A DNA stretch of 64,000 nt from NCBI GenBank assembly GCA_044359815.1, contig JBIKLL010000004.1, forward strand, positions 24,244-88,243. The letters run 5' to 3'. Source of the stretch: Pseudobdellovibrionaceae bacterium. Lineage in GTDB: Bacteria > Bdellovibrionota > Bdellovibrionia > Bdellovibrionales > Bdellovibrionaceae. The notes below the pieces were generated by a model. The model had not been told where the DNA came from and made no database searches. It saw only the letters and a program-made list of their open reading frames with translations. This document shows positions 10,163 through 19,241 of the stretch, piece by piece (the first letter of the stretch is position 1; every line of letters begins with the position of its first letter). A program made the position numbers and the translations under genes.

Positions 10163-11038
10163 ATGACAAAAAAATTAACTAAAGGTTTGCAAAAAATTTT
10201 GGTGCTGATTGTAGGAGCTTCGGTGATTTCTTGTGCGGATAAAAATCTGCCGGAATCATCAGATTTGACCAATCTGCGGATTTTGGGATTTCGGATCGAA
10301 ACCAGTCCCGCCAGTTCTCGGGCCGAATTTTCAGCAGGGCAAACATTGACAGTGACCCCAATTGTTTCAGATATTCCTGGCAGTGGGTTAGAGTACCACG
10401 CCGATGCCTGTGTGGATCCCGGTGTGGCTTACGGTGCTGAGCCAACCTGCGATGGGAATGCTACCAAGGTTGAGCTTAACTCAGGATTCACGGCGCTGAC
10501 ATCGCCATCGGCAGCAAATAGTTACACAGGATTTGCAGATGCTTTCACGGTGACTCTGCCAGCCAGTGGAGTTTTGTTTGCTAACAGATCTGATGCCGAA
10601 AAATTTAACGGAGTTTCGTATTTGGTTGTTTACACTTTAAAAAGTGGCAATGCGTACAAGACTGGATTTACCAGATTGTTGGTTTCGACAAAAACGACAA
10701 AAAATTTAAATCCTGATATCACTGACATCAATGTCAACAGCAGTGCATTGACAACATATCCCTTTGGACAAGTTGTGAATTTAAGCGCTAATTTGGCAGT
10801 TGGTGCTGAAACCTATCAGGTTCAAAATGTTGATGGCAGTTTTTCATCAGCTACCGAAAGCGTGATCACCAGTTGGTATATTTCTGATGGCGATATTAAT
10901 TATTTGCGAACAGACAGCAGTCAGCCCACAACTCAATACACGACAGCGGCCAGTGCCCCGATCGGTCGTAAAACTTTTGTTATAGCCATTACTCGTGACA
11001 ATCGCGGAGGCAGTGATGCCGTTGTCTTTGCACAGTAA
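10163..11038 (+). CDS. lipoprotein associated with the TonB-dependent receptor
   Basis: Lipobox VISC; beta-rich; follows the receptor gene. Confidence 0.75.
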   Translation: MTKKLTKGLQKILVLIVGASVISCADKNLPESSDLTNLRILGFRIETSPASSRAEFSAGQTLTVTPIVSDIPGSGLEYHADACVDPGVAYGAEPTCDGNATKVELNSGFTALTSPSAANSYTGFADAFTVTLPASGVLFANRSDAEKFNGVSYLVVYTLKSGNAYKTGFTRLLVSTKTTKNLNPDITDINVNSSALTTYPFGQVVNLSANLAVGAETYQVQNVDGSFSSATESVITSWYISDGDINYLRTDSSQPTTQYTTAASAPIGRKTFVIAITRDNRGGSDAVVFAQ

Positions 11039-12065
11039 ACGCATCGGGATTATGACCGGTGGTGGGGATGCCCCTGGTCTGAACGGGGTTATTGAAAGCT
11101 CGCTCAGAATTTTGGCCGAACACAATATCGAAATGATTGGTATCTGTGATGGGTTTGAAGGTTTTTTTGAGGGCCGAACCATGCCTCTGCATCCAGAAAA
11201 GCTTTTGTCCCTGCACGCTCAAGCGGGAACTCTGTTGGGGACTTCTAACAAAAGTGTCGTCAAGGGACGCGAACAAGAATTTATAGAGGGTTATAAGAAA
11301 TTAAAACTGGATGGATTAATTGCAATCGGTGGTGATGGAACATTTTCGGGACTGTCGAATGTTAAAGATTTTGTGAAAATGATTGGTGTTCCGAAAACTA
11401 TCGACAATGATTTGCAGGGAACCGAAGTGACGTTTGGTTTTGATACCGCGTGCAGTGTGGTTTCAGAAAGCGTGCAGGCTCTTAGAGCCACGGCAGATGC
11501 GCACAGAAGAATCATAGTGATTGAAACTATGGGGCGATCGGCGGGTTGGATTGCCCTGGGTGGTGGATTGGCCAGCTATTCGGATGTGATTTTAATTCCT
11601 GAAAAACCTTTTAGTAAGAAAGCATTGGTGGAATTTGTAAAAGACAAAAAAAAATCTGGGCGCCGAGGTTTAATGGTCGTTGTCGCCGAAAGCGCCATGG
11701 CCGAGGGGGAATCGCCGACAGTGGCATTCACAGTGGAAGGAAGTCCTGAAAAGGAAAGATACGGCGGTATTGCTGAAAAATTGGCTCGCTTTCTGGAAAA
11801 AGAAACTGATTGGGAGGCCCGTCATGTTGTCTTGGGTCATTTGCAGAGAAGCCGTTCACCCACAACCACTGATCGATTTCTGACATTAGCTATGGGTGTT
11901 GAGGCTGGAAAAATGGTTTTATCAGATGATTGGCATCAGGCCGTTGTATATCGAGAAGGCAAGGTGACAAGAGCTCCCGTGACAGATCTGATGAAACCAG
12001 TTAAAAAAGTAAACGCAGATCACAAATGGATCCAAATTGCAGAATCAATTGGGTTGTTTGTTTGA
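11016..12065 (+). CDS. pfkA: 6-phosphofructokinase (PfkA family)
   Basis: TGGGDAPGLN, IGGDGT, PKTIDND, ETMGR and LGHLQR motifs; GGAGG RBS before ATG 11016. Confidence 0.95.
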   Translation: MPLSLHSKRIGIMTGGGDAPGLNGVIESSLRILAEHNIEMIGICDGFEGFFEGRTMPLHPEKLLSLHAQAGTLLGTSNKSVVKGREQEFIEGYKKLKLDGLIAIGGDGTFSGLSNVKDFVKMIGVPKTIDNDLQGTEVTFGFDTACSVVSESVQALRATADAHRRIIVIETMGRSAGWIALGGGLASYSDVILIPEKPFSKKALVEFVKDKKKSGRRGLMVVVAESAMAEGESPTVAFTVEGSPEKERYGGIAEKLARFLEKETDWEARHVVLGHLQRSRSPTTTDRFLTLAMGVEAGKMVLSDDWHQAVVYREGKVTRAPVTDLMKPVKKVNADHKWIQIAESIGLFV

Positions 12066-12114
12066 TTTTTGAGTGAATATTAAATTTTGGTTTTTATAAA
12101 ATTTAGGAGGAAAT

Positions 12115-13089
12115 ATGAAAATTCTTTTAACGGCAATTATGACGATTGTAGGTTCAGTGGCATTTGCTGCAACTCCAACGGTATCGATAGTAAAACTAAA
12201 GTCTTTTCAGGCAGCCGAGAATCCCTCGGGCTGGTGGATTTTTGCAGGTGGAAATGCCGGTGTTATAAATAGCGATATTCAAGATGGTCTGAGCAACGGA
12301 TCCATTGCTGGATTCAGGGGGCAAATGGCTCTGTATGCTGAAGAATACGTTTTGGGTTTTGGTGCCAATGTAGATTCAATTGCATTAGATGCTGTGAAAA
12401 ACCGCTTTTCTGCTTTGTCATTAGAGGCTAGTGCCAGGTATAGGCTTCCGCAAAGATTCAGCGTGGGACCAGAGATTTTAGCTTTTGTTAATCAAGGCGA
12501 AAAATTTGGGGACAACAATTACATAACACCTTACTTGGGAGCCTCTGTTTACAAGGATGTACCCTATGAGCAAAATATTGTTCGTGTTGGGGCGAAAGTT
12601 TTGACTGACGTCACAGTTAGTGAGGAAACTCAGACTCATTTTCAGTTATTGGCTGAAATGGGTTGGGGCAGTAGTAACCGGGAAGCTTCAAAACCCGTTG
12701 CTGAAGTCCGCAGATCCTACACACAAGAAGAGCTGAAGGTAGCAGAACTAAAATTTGATTCAGCATCAGCTGTATTGAGTATTGAGGAAAAACAGAAATT
12801 AAAAAATCTTGCTAAGGTGTTACAGCAAAATAAGGATTTATTTAAATCAGTCAGATTGGTTGGCCATGCGGACAAAAGACCTTTTTCCAGATCTAATCTG
12901 AAATTATCAAAAGACAGAGCCAGTTCTGTGGCTCAAGCTTTGAAATTAAATACTGAATTGATTGAAGGTGTAGGCACAGCTTATCCGATTTCAAATTCAG
13001 ACCTCAGCAAAAATCGCAGGGTAGAAATCATGGCCAAAGACATCTCTGATGTCGAGGCTCTTAAAAAGGCACTTCAGTCGATACAATAA
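12115..13089 (+). CDS. OmpA family outer-membrane protein
   Basis: Signal peptide, beta-barrel N-domain, C-terminal GHAD...NLKLSKDRA...NRRVEI. Confidence 0.9.
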   Translation: MKILLTAIMTIVGSVAFAATPTVSIVKLKSFQAAENPSGWWIFAGGNAGVINSDIQDGLSNGSIAGFRGQMALYAEEYVLGFGANVDSIALDAVKNRFSALSLEASARYRLPQRFSVGPEILAFVNQGEKFGDNNYITPYLGASVYKDVPYEQNIVRVGAKVLTDVTVSEETQTHFQLLAEMGWGSSNREASKPVAEVRRSYTQEELKVAELKFDSASAVLSIEEKQKLKNLAKVLQQNKDLFKSVRLVGHADKRPFSRSNLKLSKDRASSVAQALKLNTELIEGVGTAYPISNSDLSKNRRVEIMAKDISDVEALKKALQSIQ

Positions 13090-13093
13090 ATCT

Positions 13094-13533
13094 TTGTGTG
13101 AATCAGACGACATTCTGATCTGGGGTTAGTTTTCTGAAGCTGGATTTTATATTTTCAAATATTGCTTTGTTTTATACCTTTTGAATACTTGCTAACGGCC
13201 GCAAGCTCATCTCTTGTATTGCATAAATGCAAAGATAATTTGTTTTTACTGTTTTTAGACACATGCAGCGAGCGTGCGGGGCATATCTGGTGTTGAGTCA
13301 TTATATAAAAGCAAAAAAATGCTTTTATATAATGATTCAATACGAGAGATGAGCCCGCGGCCGTTAGCGAGTGTCTAAAAATAGTGAAAAAAATTGTCTT
13401 TGCATTTACGCAACACCAGATATGCCATGCGCGCTCGCAAATGTATTCAAAAGGTATAAAACAAAGCAATATTTGAAAATATAAAATCCAGCTTCAGAAA
13501 ACTAACCCCAGATCAGTTTACTGATTCACACAA
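13094..13533. repeat. composite ~440-bp palindromic element
   Basis: Perfect 74-bp arms at 13115-13188 and 13443-13516, four internal complementary pairs, and an outer 13-bp pair at 13094-13106 and 13521-13533. Confidence 0.92.
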
Positions 13534-14085
13534 TACAGTTTTATAAAACTGGGGCATCAGCTTAGAGGCCAAGGCAAAGTCAGGCAGCTGGGATTCTGAG
13601 AATCTGGGCTGCAATGTTTTTTCAAACAATTTTCCTGCGTTCTTACATTGTTTTGGTAAATTTCTGGCAAACTGAGAGGACATAATGTTGTTGATGATTG
13701 CATCTAGATCCAACAGAGCCTTTTCGCCAACTTCTTCAATCAGTATTCGGTAAGCTTTGCCTTCTGGCTTTCTGAATTTTTTGACAAAGGCATTTCTTTC
13801 GGTGATTGAGATATCTCTGAGAGGCATCCCTTGTTTTTTACTGTTGCAGTATAAGTAAGAATTTTTCATATAGTTTGCAAAAGTAATGGTGGCGACAGCG
13901 GTCTTGTTTTTAAAACAAGGTCTCAGCGATATCTCCTGTTCAGAATTCTCGGCCACCATTTCTGAAATCTGAAAATGATCTTCCAGATGTAAATCGTATT
14001 CAGAAATAGTTTCTTGAGCTTTAAGTTGTTCAAACATCAAAACGATCACTGAAAACACAACAGCAACAACGATCCAACGATTCAT
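13513..14085 (-). CDS. hypothetical secreted protein
   Basis: Signal peptide-like N-terminus, GGAGG RBS, 190-aa ORF. Confidence 0.75.
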   Translation of the reverse strand: MNRWIVVAVVFSVIVLMFEQLKAQETISEYDLHLEDHFQISEMVAENSEQEISLRPCFKNKTAVATITFANYMKNSYLYCNSKKQGMPLRDISITERNAFVKKFRKPEGKAYRILIEEVGEKALLDLDAIINNIMSSQFARNLPKQCKNAGKLFEKTLQPRFSESQLPDFALASKLMPQFYKTVLCESVN

Positions 14086-14269
14086 TTAAAACCTCCCCAA
14101 AGTATTTACAGATTAAATGGCTCTAATTCTGATTTGTAACCCTTTGACCCGGCTTTTCTGGACCAAGGTCCTAATTTTATTTTGATGGACAAGCTTCTGT
14201 TTCGGACAAAAAATATCAGTTCAAAGATTTTAACCAATCCCATTTTTGGGATTTATCCATGGAGGATTA

Positions 14270-14467
14270 ATGGCAAAAAAGAAAATGGAATCTGTCGTCG
14301 TCAGCAGTAAGGCTAAAGCGATTTTAAAAAAATATAATATGAATGTGGCAAGCGATGCATTTGAAGGTCTGAACGGAGTTTTGTATTGGTATTTGGAGCA
14401 AGCTGCTAAGCGAGCCAAAGCCAACGGTCGCAAAACAGTTCGAGCCCATGATTTTATTATCGGTTAA
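14270..14467 (+). CDS. bacterial histone-fold protein (Bd0055/HBb-like)
   Basis: 65-aa basic protein with VVVSSKAK...RAKANGRKTVRAHDF histone-fold signature; GGAGG at 14261-14265. Confidence 0.88.
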   Translation: MAKKKMESVVVSSKAKAILKKYNMNVASDAFEGLNGVLYWYLEQAAKRAKANGRKTVRAHDFIIG

Positions 14468-14548
14468 TTGAGTTTTTATTTGTGGTGGATTTGGAAACAA
14501 ATCCACTTTTTCTTTGCGATCTGAAAAGAAGACTCTTAGAATTTATTA

Positions 14549-15910
14549 ATGAAAACCATATTATTTATTTTGCTGTTTCCTGTTTTGACAATTGCTTCTA
14601 CGGACGAAACCATCAGTGTATACGACACAGATTTGGGATTGGTCCCTGATCTGACGGCAGAGCAAATGTTTGTGCCTTCACCGAAAGCTGATGATTATGC
14701 AAAAACTCAGTTGGTTTTAAAAAGATTTGGAATATCAGACCGGACTAATACACCCGAGTTTTTAAGAGACTTACAAAACACCGCAAGCGTTTTGCAGATT
14801 CAGCATCTGCTGAAATTTTTTGATACTGAGAATGTTTTTAATCGGTTCGCAAAAATCCAAAATGACAAAATTTCAATGTACAAGGATTTTGGCTTTCAAA
14901 AAGTTTTGGATTTTAGTTTTCAATTGAATCCTGGTGACCAAGACTACAGAAATGACAAACCTCTGCAGGGCCTGAGGGTTGCTCTGGATCCTGGTCACAT
15001 GGGCGGGCAGTATTGGGATAAGGCAACCGGCAAATACGTCACAGACGGCCGAGGTAATTATTTATCAGAAGGTGTCTTAAATCTGCAGGTTGCATTGTTG
15101 CTTAAGGAACAATTGCGAAAATTGGGAGCCATAGTGTTGGTGACTCATGAAAACTTGGGACCTGTTTCAAAGCTTGATCACAGAAATTTTGACATTACTC
15201 CATACGCAAAAAATGAACTTAGAGACAGTGTCTTATCGTCATGGTTTTTAAAACTCTTAAATGCTCACAGCCGCGAGGAAGATTTAGGTTTGGCTTTTGA
15301 AAACAGTCCTGAGCGGAAAAAATTGTATTCTGATCGACGACGGAGCGAGTACTTTATAAAAAGAGCTGATTTGTTTGAAAGAACCAGATTGATCGACGAT
15401 TTTAAAGCTGATGTGTCGTTGATCATTCATTTTGACACTTCTGATCCAGCCTCTAACCCTAACGGTTTGAATCCCAGATCACCTAACGCCACTAAGATTT
15501 TTGTGGTGGGTGGATATGATTCATCGGAGCTGGCATCATCGGCTCAGAAAAAATATTTTGCCAGACATTTATTGGATTATAAATCCTGGAGGCAGTCATT
15601 AAATCTGTCTCGAAGCTTGGTCAAAAGCATGACTCAAGAATTAGGAACTAAGGCTCAGGTTTTAAGTCGTCCTTCGGTCATGGTAGAGCCTGGAATCATT
15701 GCCAGAAATCTGATCGTTCCCAGGATTAGCAAAACTCCGGCTATGGCCTACATTGAATGTTTGTATTACAATAGGCCTCAAGAATTTGTGGCTTTGTCGC
15801 AAAAACACCACGTGATGAAAATAGATGGGAAAGATTATTATTATTCTGATCGGTTAAAACAGGTATCAGATTCCATATTGGCAGGTTTGTTAGACTACGT
15901 CAGAAACTAA
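14549..15910 (+). CDS. N-acetylmuramoyl-L-alanine amidase (Amidase_3)
   Basis: VALDPGHMGG, E...NLQVA, LFER...DVSLIIHFD and YIECLY zinc/catalytic motifs; signal peptide. Confidence 0.88.
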   Translation: MKTILFILLFPVLTIASTDETISVYDTDLGLVPDLTAEQMFVPSPKADDYAKTQLVLKRFGISDRTNTPEFLRDLQNTASVLQIQHLLKFFDTENVFNRFAKIQNDKISMYKDFGFQKVLDFSFQLNPGDQDYRNDKPLQGLRVALDPGHMGGQYWDKATGKYVTDGRGNYLSEGVLNLQVALLLKEQLRKLGAIVLVTHENLGPVSKLDHRNFDITPYAKNELRDSVLSSWFLKLLNAHSREEDLGLAFENSPERKKLYSDRRRSEYFIKRADLFERTRLIDDFKADVSLIIHFDTSDPASNPNGLNPRSPNATKIFVVGGYDSSELASSAQKKYFARHLLDYKSWRQSLNLSRSLVKSMTQELGTKAQVLSRPSVMVEPGIIARNLIVPRISKTPAMAYIECLYYNRPQEFVALSQKHHVMKIDGKDYYYSDRLKQVSDSILAGLLDYVRN

Positions 15911-16350
15911 AATTGTTTGCAGATCAGATTTTGTTTGTGCAAATCCATTTTTCCAATCCCTTGCATAAAGGTCATCACTGTCATTTTCATGGGTATGGAA
16001 TTTCTGGGTTCACTAAAATTAGCAACGTTTAAATGCAGATACACTCCGCGGGTCACCTGCCGGCCTGTATAGAATTTATCGTTTTTAACAGATACTAATA
16101 ATGTGTCTGAGTTTATTTTCTTGAAGCTGGCAAAATAATCACCCTGAGGGATGGTGACAGAATTATTGCCTCTGAAGCTGTTTGAGATGCGCACACGGAT
16201 GTTAGAGGTCTTGCCAGGAATCAAAGAATAATCTTCGATCAAAAACAGCACTCGTCGACCGGTTGAATCATCGCAAGCCATAATGCGTGCAAATGATTCT
16301 GTAGTTGATAACAATGCTAGAGCGAAAGTTATAAATATTTTTGCTTTCAT
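15907..16350 (-). CDS. hypothetical secreted protein
   Basis: Signal peptide MKAKIFITFALALLSTTESFA. Confidence 0.7.
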   Translation of the reverse strand: MKAKIFITFALALLSTTESFARIMACDDSTGRRVLFLIEDYSLIPGKTSNIRVRISNSFRGNNSVTIPQGDYFASFKKINSDTLLVSVKNDKFYTGRQVTRGVYLHLNVANFSEPRNSIPMKMTVMTFMQGIGKMDLHKQNLICKQF

Positions 16351-16477
16351 GGTTATGCAGTTTAATGCTTGAAAGATCACAACACAATAGGGCCAAATCA
16401 TTGGTGAATTGTTGACCGTGCCAGTGACAAAAGTGGGCTGTGTTGTAGCTAGATTGTATAAGAATAATTTTTGTCAG

Positions 16478-17341
16478 CTATTCAAGATGAACACGGCCCA
16501 GAACATTCACAGAGCATTTGCCAGTGAATGAATGCTTTTTTGCTCTGGAGTCTGGGGACTCTGCCAGAAATTTTCTGATTCCCGGGACATTTTCTTGAAT
16601 CATTTCCTGCATGTTTGATTCGCTGGGCGAATGTGAAACTCCCATTTCAAACAGCAACGACCAAATGCCGTGAGCCCAAAAGGCGTAGTCTTCAAAGGTT
16701 CCGTCTGCAGCATACAGCACTTCGGTGGAGTTCCCAATCTGGTATTGACTGGCGACCACTGCTTTTTTTGATAAATCTATAAACTGTGAATCGTATTCTG
16801 TTGAAACATCGTTTGTTGAAATTCCCCAAGGATATAAAACTGCAGGCCAATAGGTATGCAGTGTCGCAGAGGAAACAATATTTTTTTGATCAATTAACTG
16901 TGCCAGGGCCAAGGTTGCTTTTGATTTAAAGGGACCTTGCGTTCCGCAGGGGCCTGGATAGTCGCGATTAGGGTCAATGCTGCGACCATCGATCTGTTCA
17001 TATCTGAGCGAATTATTATAACCATCGATATTTAAAACCGGGATGACATAGACTGTTCGATTTGCGATGGGATTTTTAGCAAACTGTTCGGCAGCTCCCA
17101 TGGCAACAGCTGTTGATCCGTATTCGTTCCCGTGATGGGTTCCCACGACTAAAACATTGACGTCACCGTTGCCGATTTTAAGACCCCTGATCGGTCTGCC
17201 GAAGTTGTCTGTGCCGATTGTGATCAGTTGTGCATCAGTGGAATATTTTTGCTGAATTTCACTCAGAGAATTTAAAATGTAATCGTATTTTGTTTGCTGA
17301 TTTTGTGGCCACAGCATGAAGGCCAAAATTGTTTCAATCAT
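16478..17341 (-). CDS. M14 zinc carboxypeptidase family protein
   Basis: HHGNE, PVLNIDG, DPNRDY, TLHTY and FEMG motifs. Confidence 0.9.
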   Translation of the reverse strand: MIETILAFMLWPQNQQTKYDYILNSLSEIQQKYSTDAQLITIGTDNFGRPIRGLKIGNGDVNVLVVGTHHGNEYGSTAVAMGAAEQFAKNPIANRTVYVIPVLNIDGYNNSLRYEQIDGRSIDPNRDYPGPCGTQGPFKSKATLALAQLIDQKNIVSSATLHTYWPAVLYPWGISTNDVSTEYDSQFIDLSKKAVVASQYQIGNSTEVLYAADGTFEDYAFWAHGIWSLLFEMGVSHSPSESNMQEMIQENVPGIRKFLAESPDSRAKKHSFTGKCSVNVLGRVHLE

Positions 17342-17456
17342 TTATTTAAAACTAGATCACTAAGCATTAATGTCAAAGTCGCTAAATCGGTTGACCCAAA
17401 TACTGGATCAAGGTCTTAATAGTTACATCCCAACAACATAAACACAGGAGGAATTT

Positions 17457-17717
17457 ATGAACAAGAAAGCAATGTTTTTAGCAGCTGCAGTGGCAGGCAT
17501 TATGACGGTGGCTCACGCTGAAGACAAAAAAGCAGCAGCACCAGCCGCAGCAGCTCCAACAGGGGAATGTTCAGGCATGAATGAATGTAAGGCCAAAGGC
17601 CAATGCGGCGGTGGCGGACACAGTTGTGCTGGTAAAAACGAGTGCAAAGGCAAAGGCTGGGTTACTAAAACTGAAGCTGAATGCAAAGCAGCCAAAGGTA
17701 AATGGAAAAAAGGCTAA
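17457..17717 (+). CDS. Cys-rich secreted RiPP precursor (bufferin BufA2-like)
   Basis: Signal peptide plus six Cys with duplicated NECK(A/G)KG motif; stop overlaps the DUF692 start. Confidence 0.82.
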   Translation: MNKKAMFLAAAVAGIMTVAHAEDKKAAAPAAAAPTGECSGMNECKAKGQCGGGGHSCAGKNECKGKGWVTKTEAECKAAKGKWKKG

Positions 17718-18562
17718 TGACATTTAACGGTGGGTTGGGATTACGTCCCACCCATTATCCTTATTTAGATTCTCATCGACCCCGTCTGGCAAAATGGTTT
17801 GAGGTCATCACCGAAAATTATTTTGAGACTCAGGGGCGACCTCTGACAAAATTACTGAAATACCGATCTGATTTTCCCATCGCATTACACGGGGTCAGTT
17901 TAGGCATTGGCAGTCCGGATCCTGTTAATTATGAATACCTTAAGAAAATTAAATCACTGGCTGAAAAGGTAGATCCATTTATTATTTCAGATCACCTGTG
18001 CTGGATGCAAATCGGTGGGCAATCCAGTCATGATTTGATGCCAATGATGTACACCAAGGAAACTTTGCATTCTACAGCCCAGAAAATATTTTTAGTGCAA
18101 GATTTTATCAGAAGGCCGTTGGTGCTGGAAAACCCTTCCAGCTATATGCAATTTAAAGGTAATGATTTTACTGAACCCGAGTTTTTTTCGTTGTTACTGA
18201 AACAAACTGGGGCTCAGTGCCTTTTGGATATCAATAATGTCTATGTGTCCTGTGTGAATTTTGGCTGGGACCCCATTCAGTATATCAGTCATTTTGAGCC
18301 CTCCAAAGTCAGGCAGATTCATCTGGCGGGATTTACAGATATGGGCAGTTATTTATTTGATACTCATTCAGCAGCGGTTCACAAAGACGTTTGGGATTTG
18401 TACCAATCTGTAATTTCAGAATTTCAGTCTGCTGCAGTTATGGTGGAATGGGATGGTGATATCCCAGAATTTGAAGTCTATGAGCAAGAGCTTGTAAAGG
18501 CCCATGATATTTGGAAATCCACAGAAAGAATCCATGAACCATCCTTATCGACAAATTTATAA
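17717..18562 (+). CDS. DUF692 multinuclear non-heme iron oxidase (MNIO, BufB-like)
   Basis: GLGLR, FEVITENYF, HGVSL, SDHLCW, LENPSSY, LLDINNVYV, QIHLAG, DTH and EWD motifs. Confidence 0.95.
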   Translation: MTFNGGLGLRPTHYPYLDSHRPRLAKWFEVITENYFETQGRPLTKLLKYRSDFPIALHGVSLGIGSPDPVNYEYLKKIKSLAEKVDPFIISDHLCWMQIGGQSSHDLMPMMYTKETLHSTAQKIFLVQDFIRRPLVLENPSSYMQFKGNDFTEPEFFSLLLKQTGAQCLLDINNVYVSCVNFGWDPIQYISHFEPSKVRQIHLAGFTDMGSYLFDTHSAAVHKDVWDLYQSVISEFQSAAVMVEWDGDIPEFEVYEQELVKAHDIWKSTERIHEPSLSTNL

Positions 18563-19241
18563 TTTTATCAGAAATCATTCTGAGCATTTTCCCGAAATTC
18601 AAGCCGCGGGAAGCTTGAATGAATTGGAAGCTTTGGATGTGTATCGTAAAGGATATTTTGCCAGAGTTAACGATGCTTTGATCGAAAATTTTGAAACTAT
18701 ATACAAACTGGCGCAACCAGATAATTTTTATGAAGTTACAAAGGTTTTTGTAAATGAACATCCTTCGCAAGAATTTAATATCAGCAAATTGTCAGAGAAA
18801 TTTATAGAATTTCTGGGTTCATTAGAAATTGCGACTGACTATCCGTTTTTAAATGATTTAGCCCATTTAGATTGGCAACGAAGTCGATTGTTTCACATCA
18901 AAGATGAAATTGGATTATCCGGTCCTGATGTCCTGGAAGCCATGGAAGCAGGTAAAGATTTAACGACAACGGATTCGGTAAGATTTTTTAGAACTCAATA
19001 CCCCTTAAAAGAAATCCGTGACCAAGTATTTTCTGCACAAGAGCTGAGATTTTCAGTGGGGGATTATATGATTTTGCTGTTTAAATCAGAAGAACAGGTT
19101 TTTATCAGTCAGTTTTCCGGCGGATTTGTGGATGTCATGCAAAATCCTGCCAATGCCTTTGAAACGGATCTGAACCCTCAGGAAATTTCAGAGTTCTTTA
19201 AAATGGTGACTTATTATAAATGTCTGAAATTTCAAAACTAG
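18534..19241 (+). CDS. DUF2063/BufC-like RiPP partner protein
   Basis: LDVYRKGYFARVNDALIENF and FLNDLAHLDW motifs; follows DUF692. Confidence 0.85.
   Translation: MNHPYRQIYNFIRNHSEHFPEIQAAGSLNELEALDVYRKGYFARVNDALIENFETIYKLAQPDNFYEVTKVFVNEHPSQEFNISKLSEKFIEFLGSLEIATDYPFLNDLAHLDWQRSRLFHIKDEIGLSGPDVLEAMEAGKDLTTTDSVRFFRTQYPLKEIRDQVFSAQELRFSVGDYMILLFKSEEQVFISQFSGGFVDVMQNPANAFETDLNPQEISEFFKMVTYYKCLKFQN

Noticed and set aside
13155..13469. 104-aa ORF
   Set aside because: Lies wholly within the palindromic element and has no protein-like features.
13094..13533. IS110 bridge RNA (hairpin with two internal loops)
   Set aside because: No IS110 recombinase is nearby, and the loops are complementary to each other, not to an evident target or donor.
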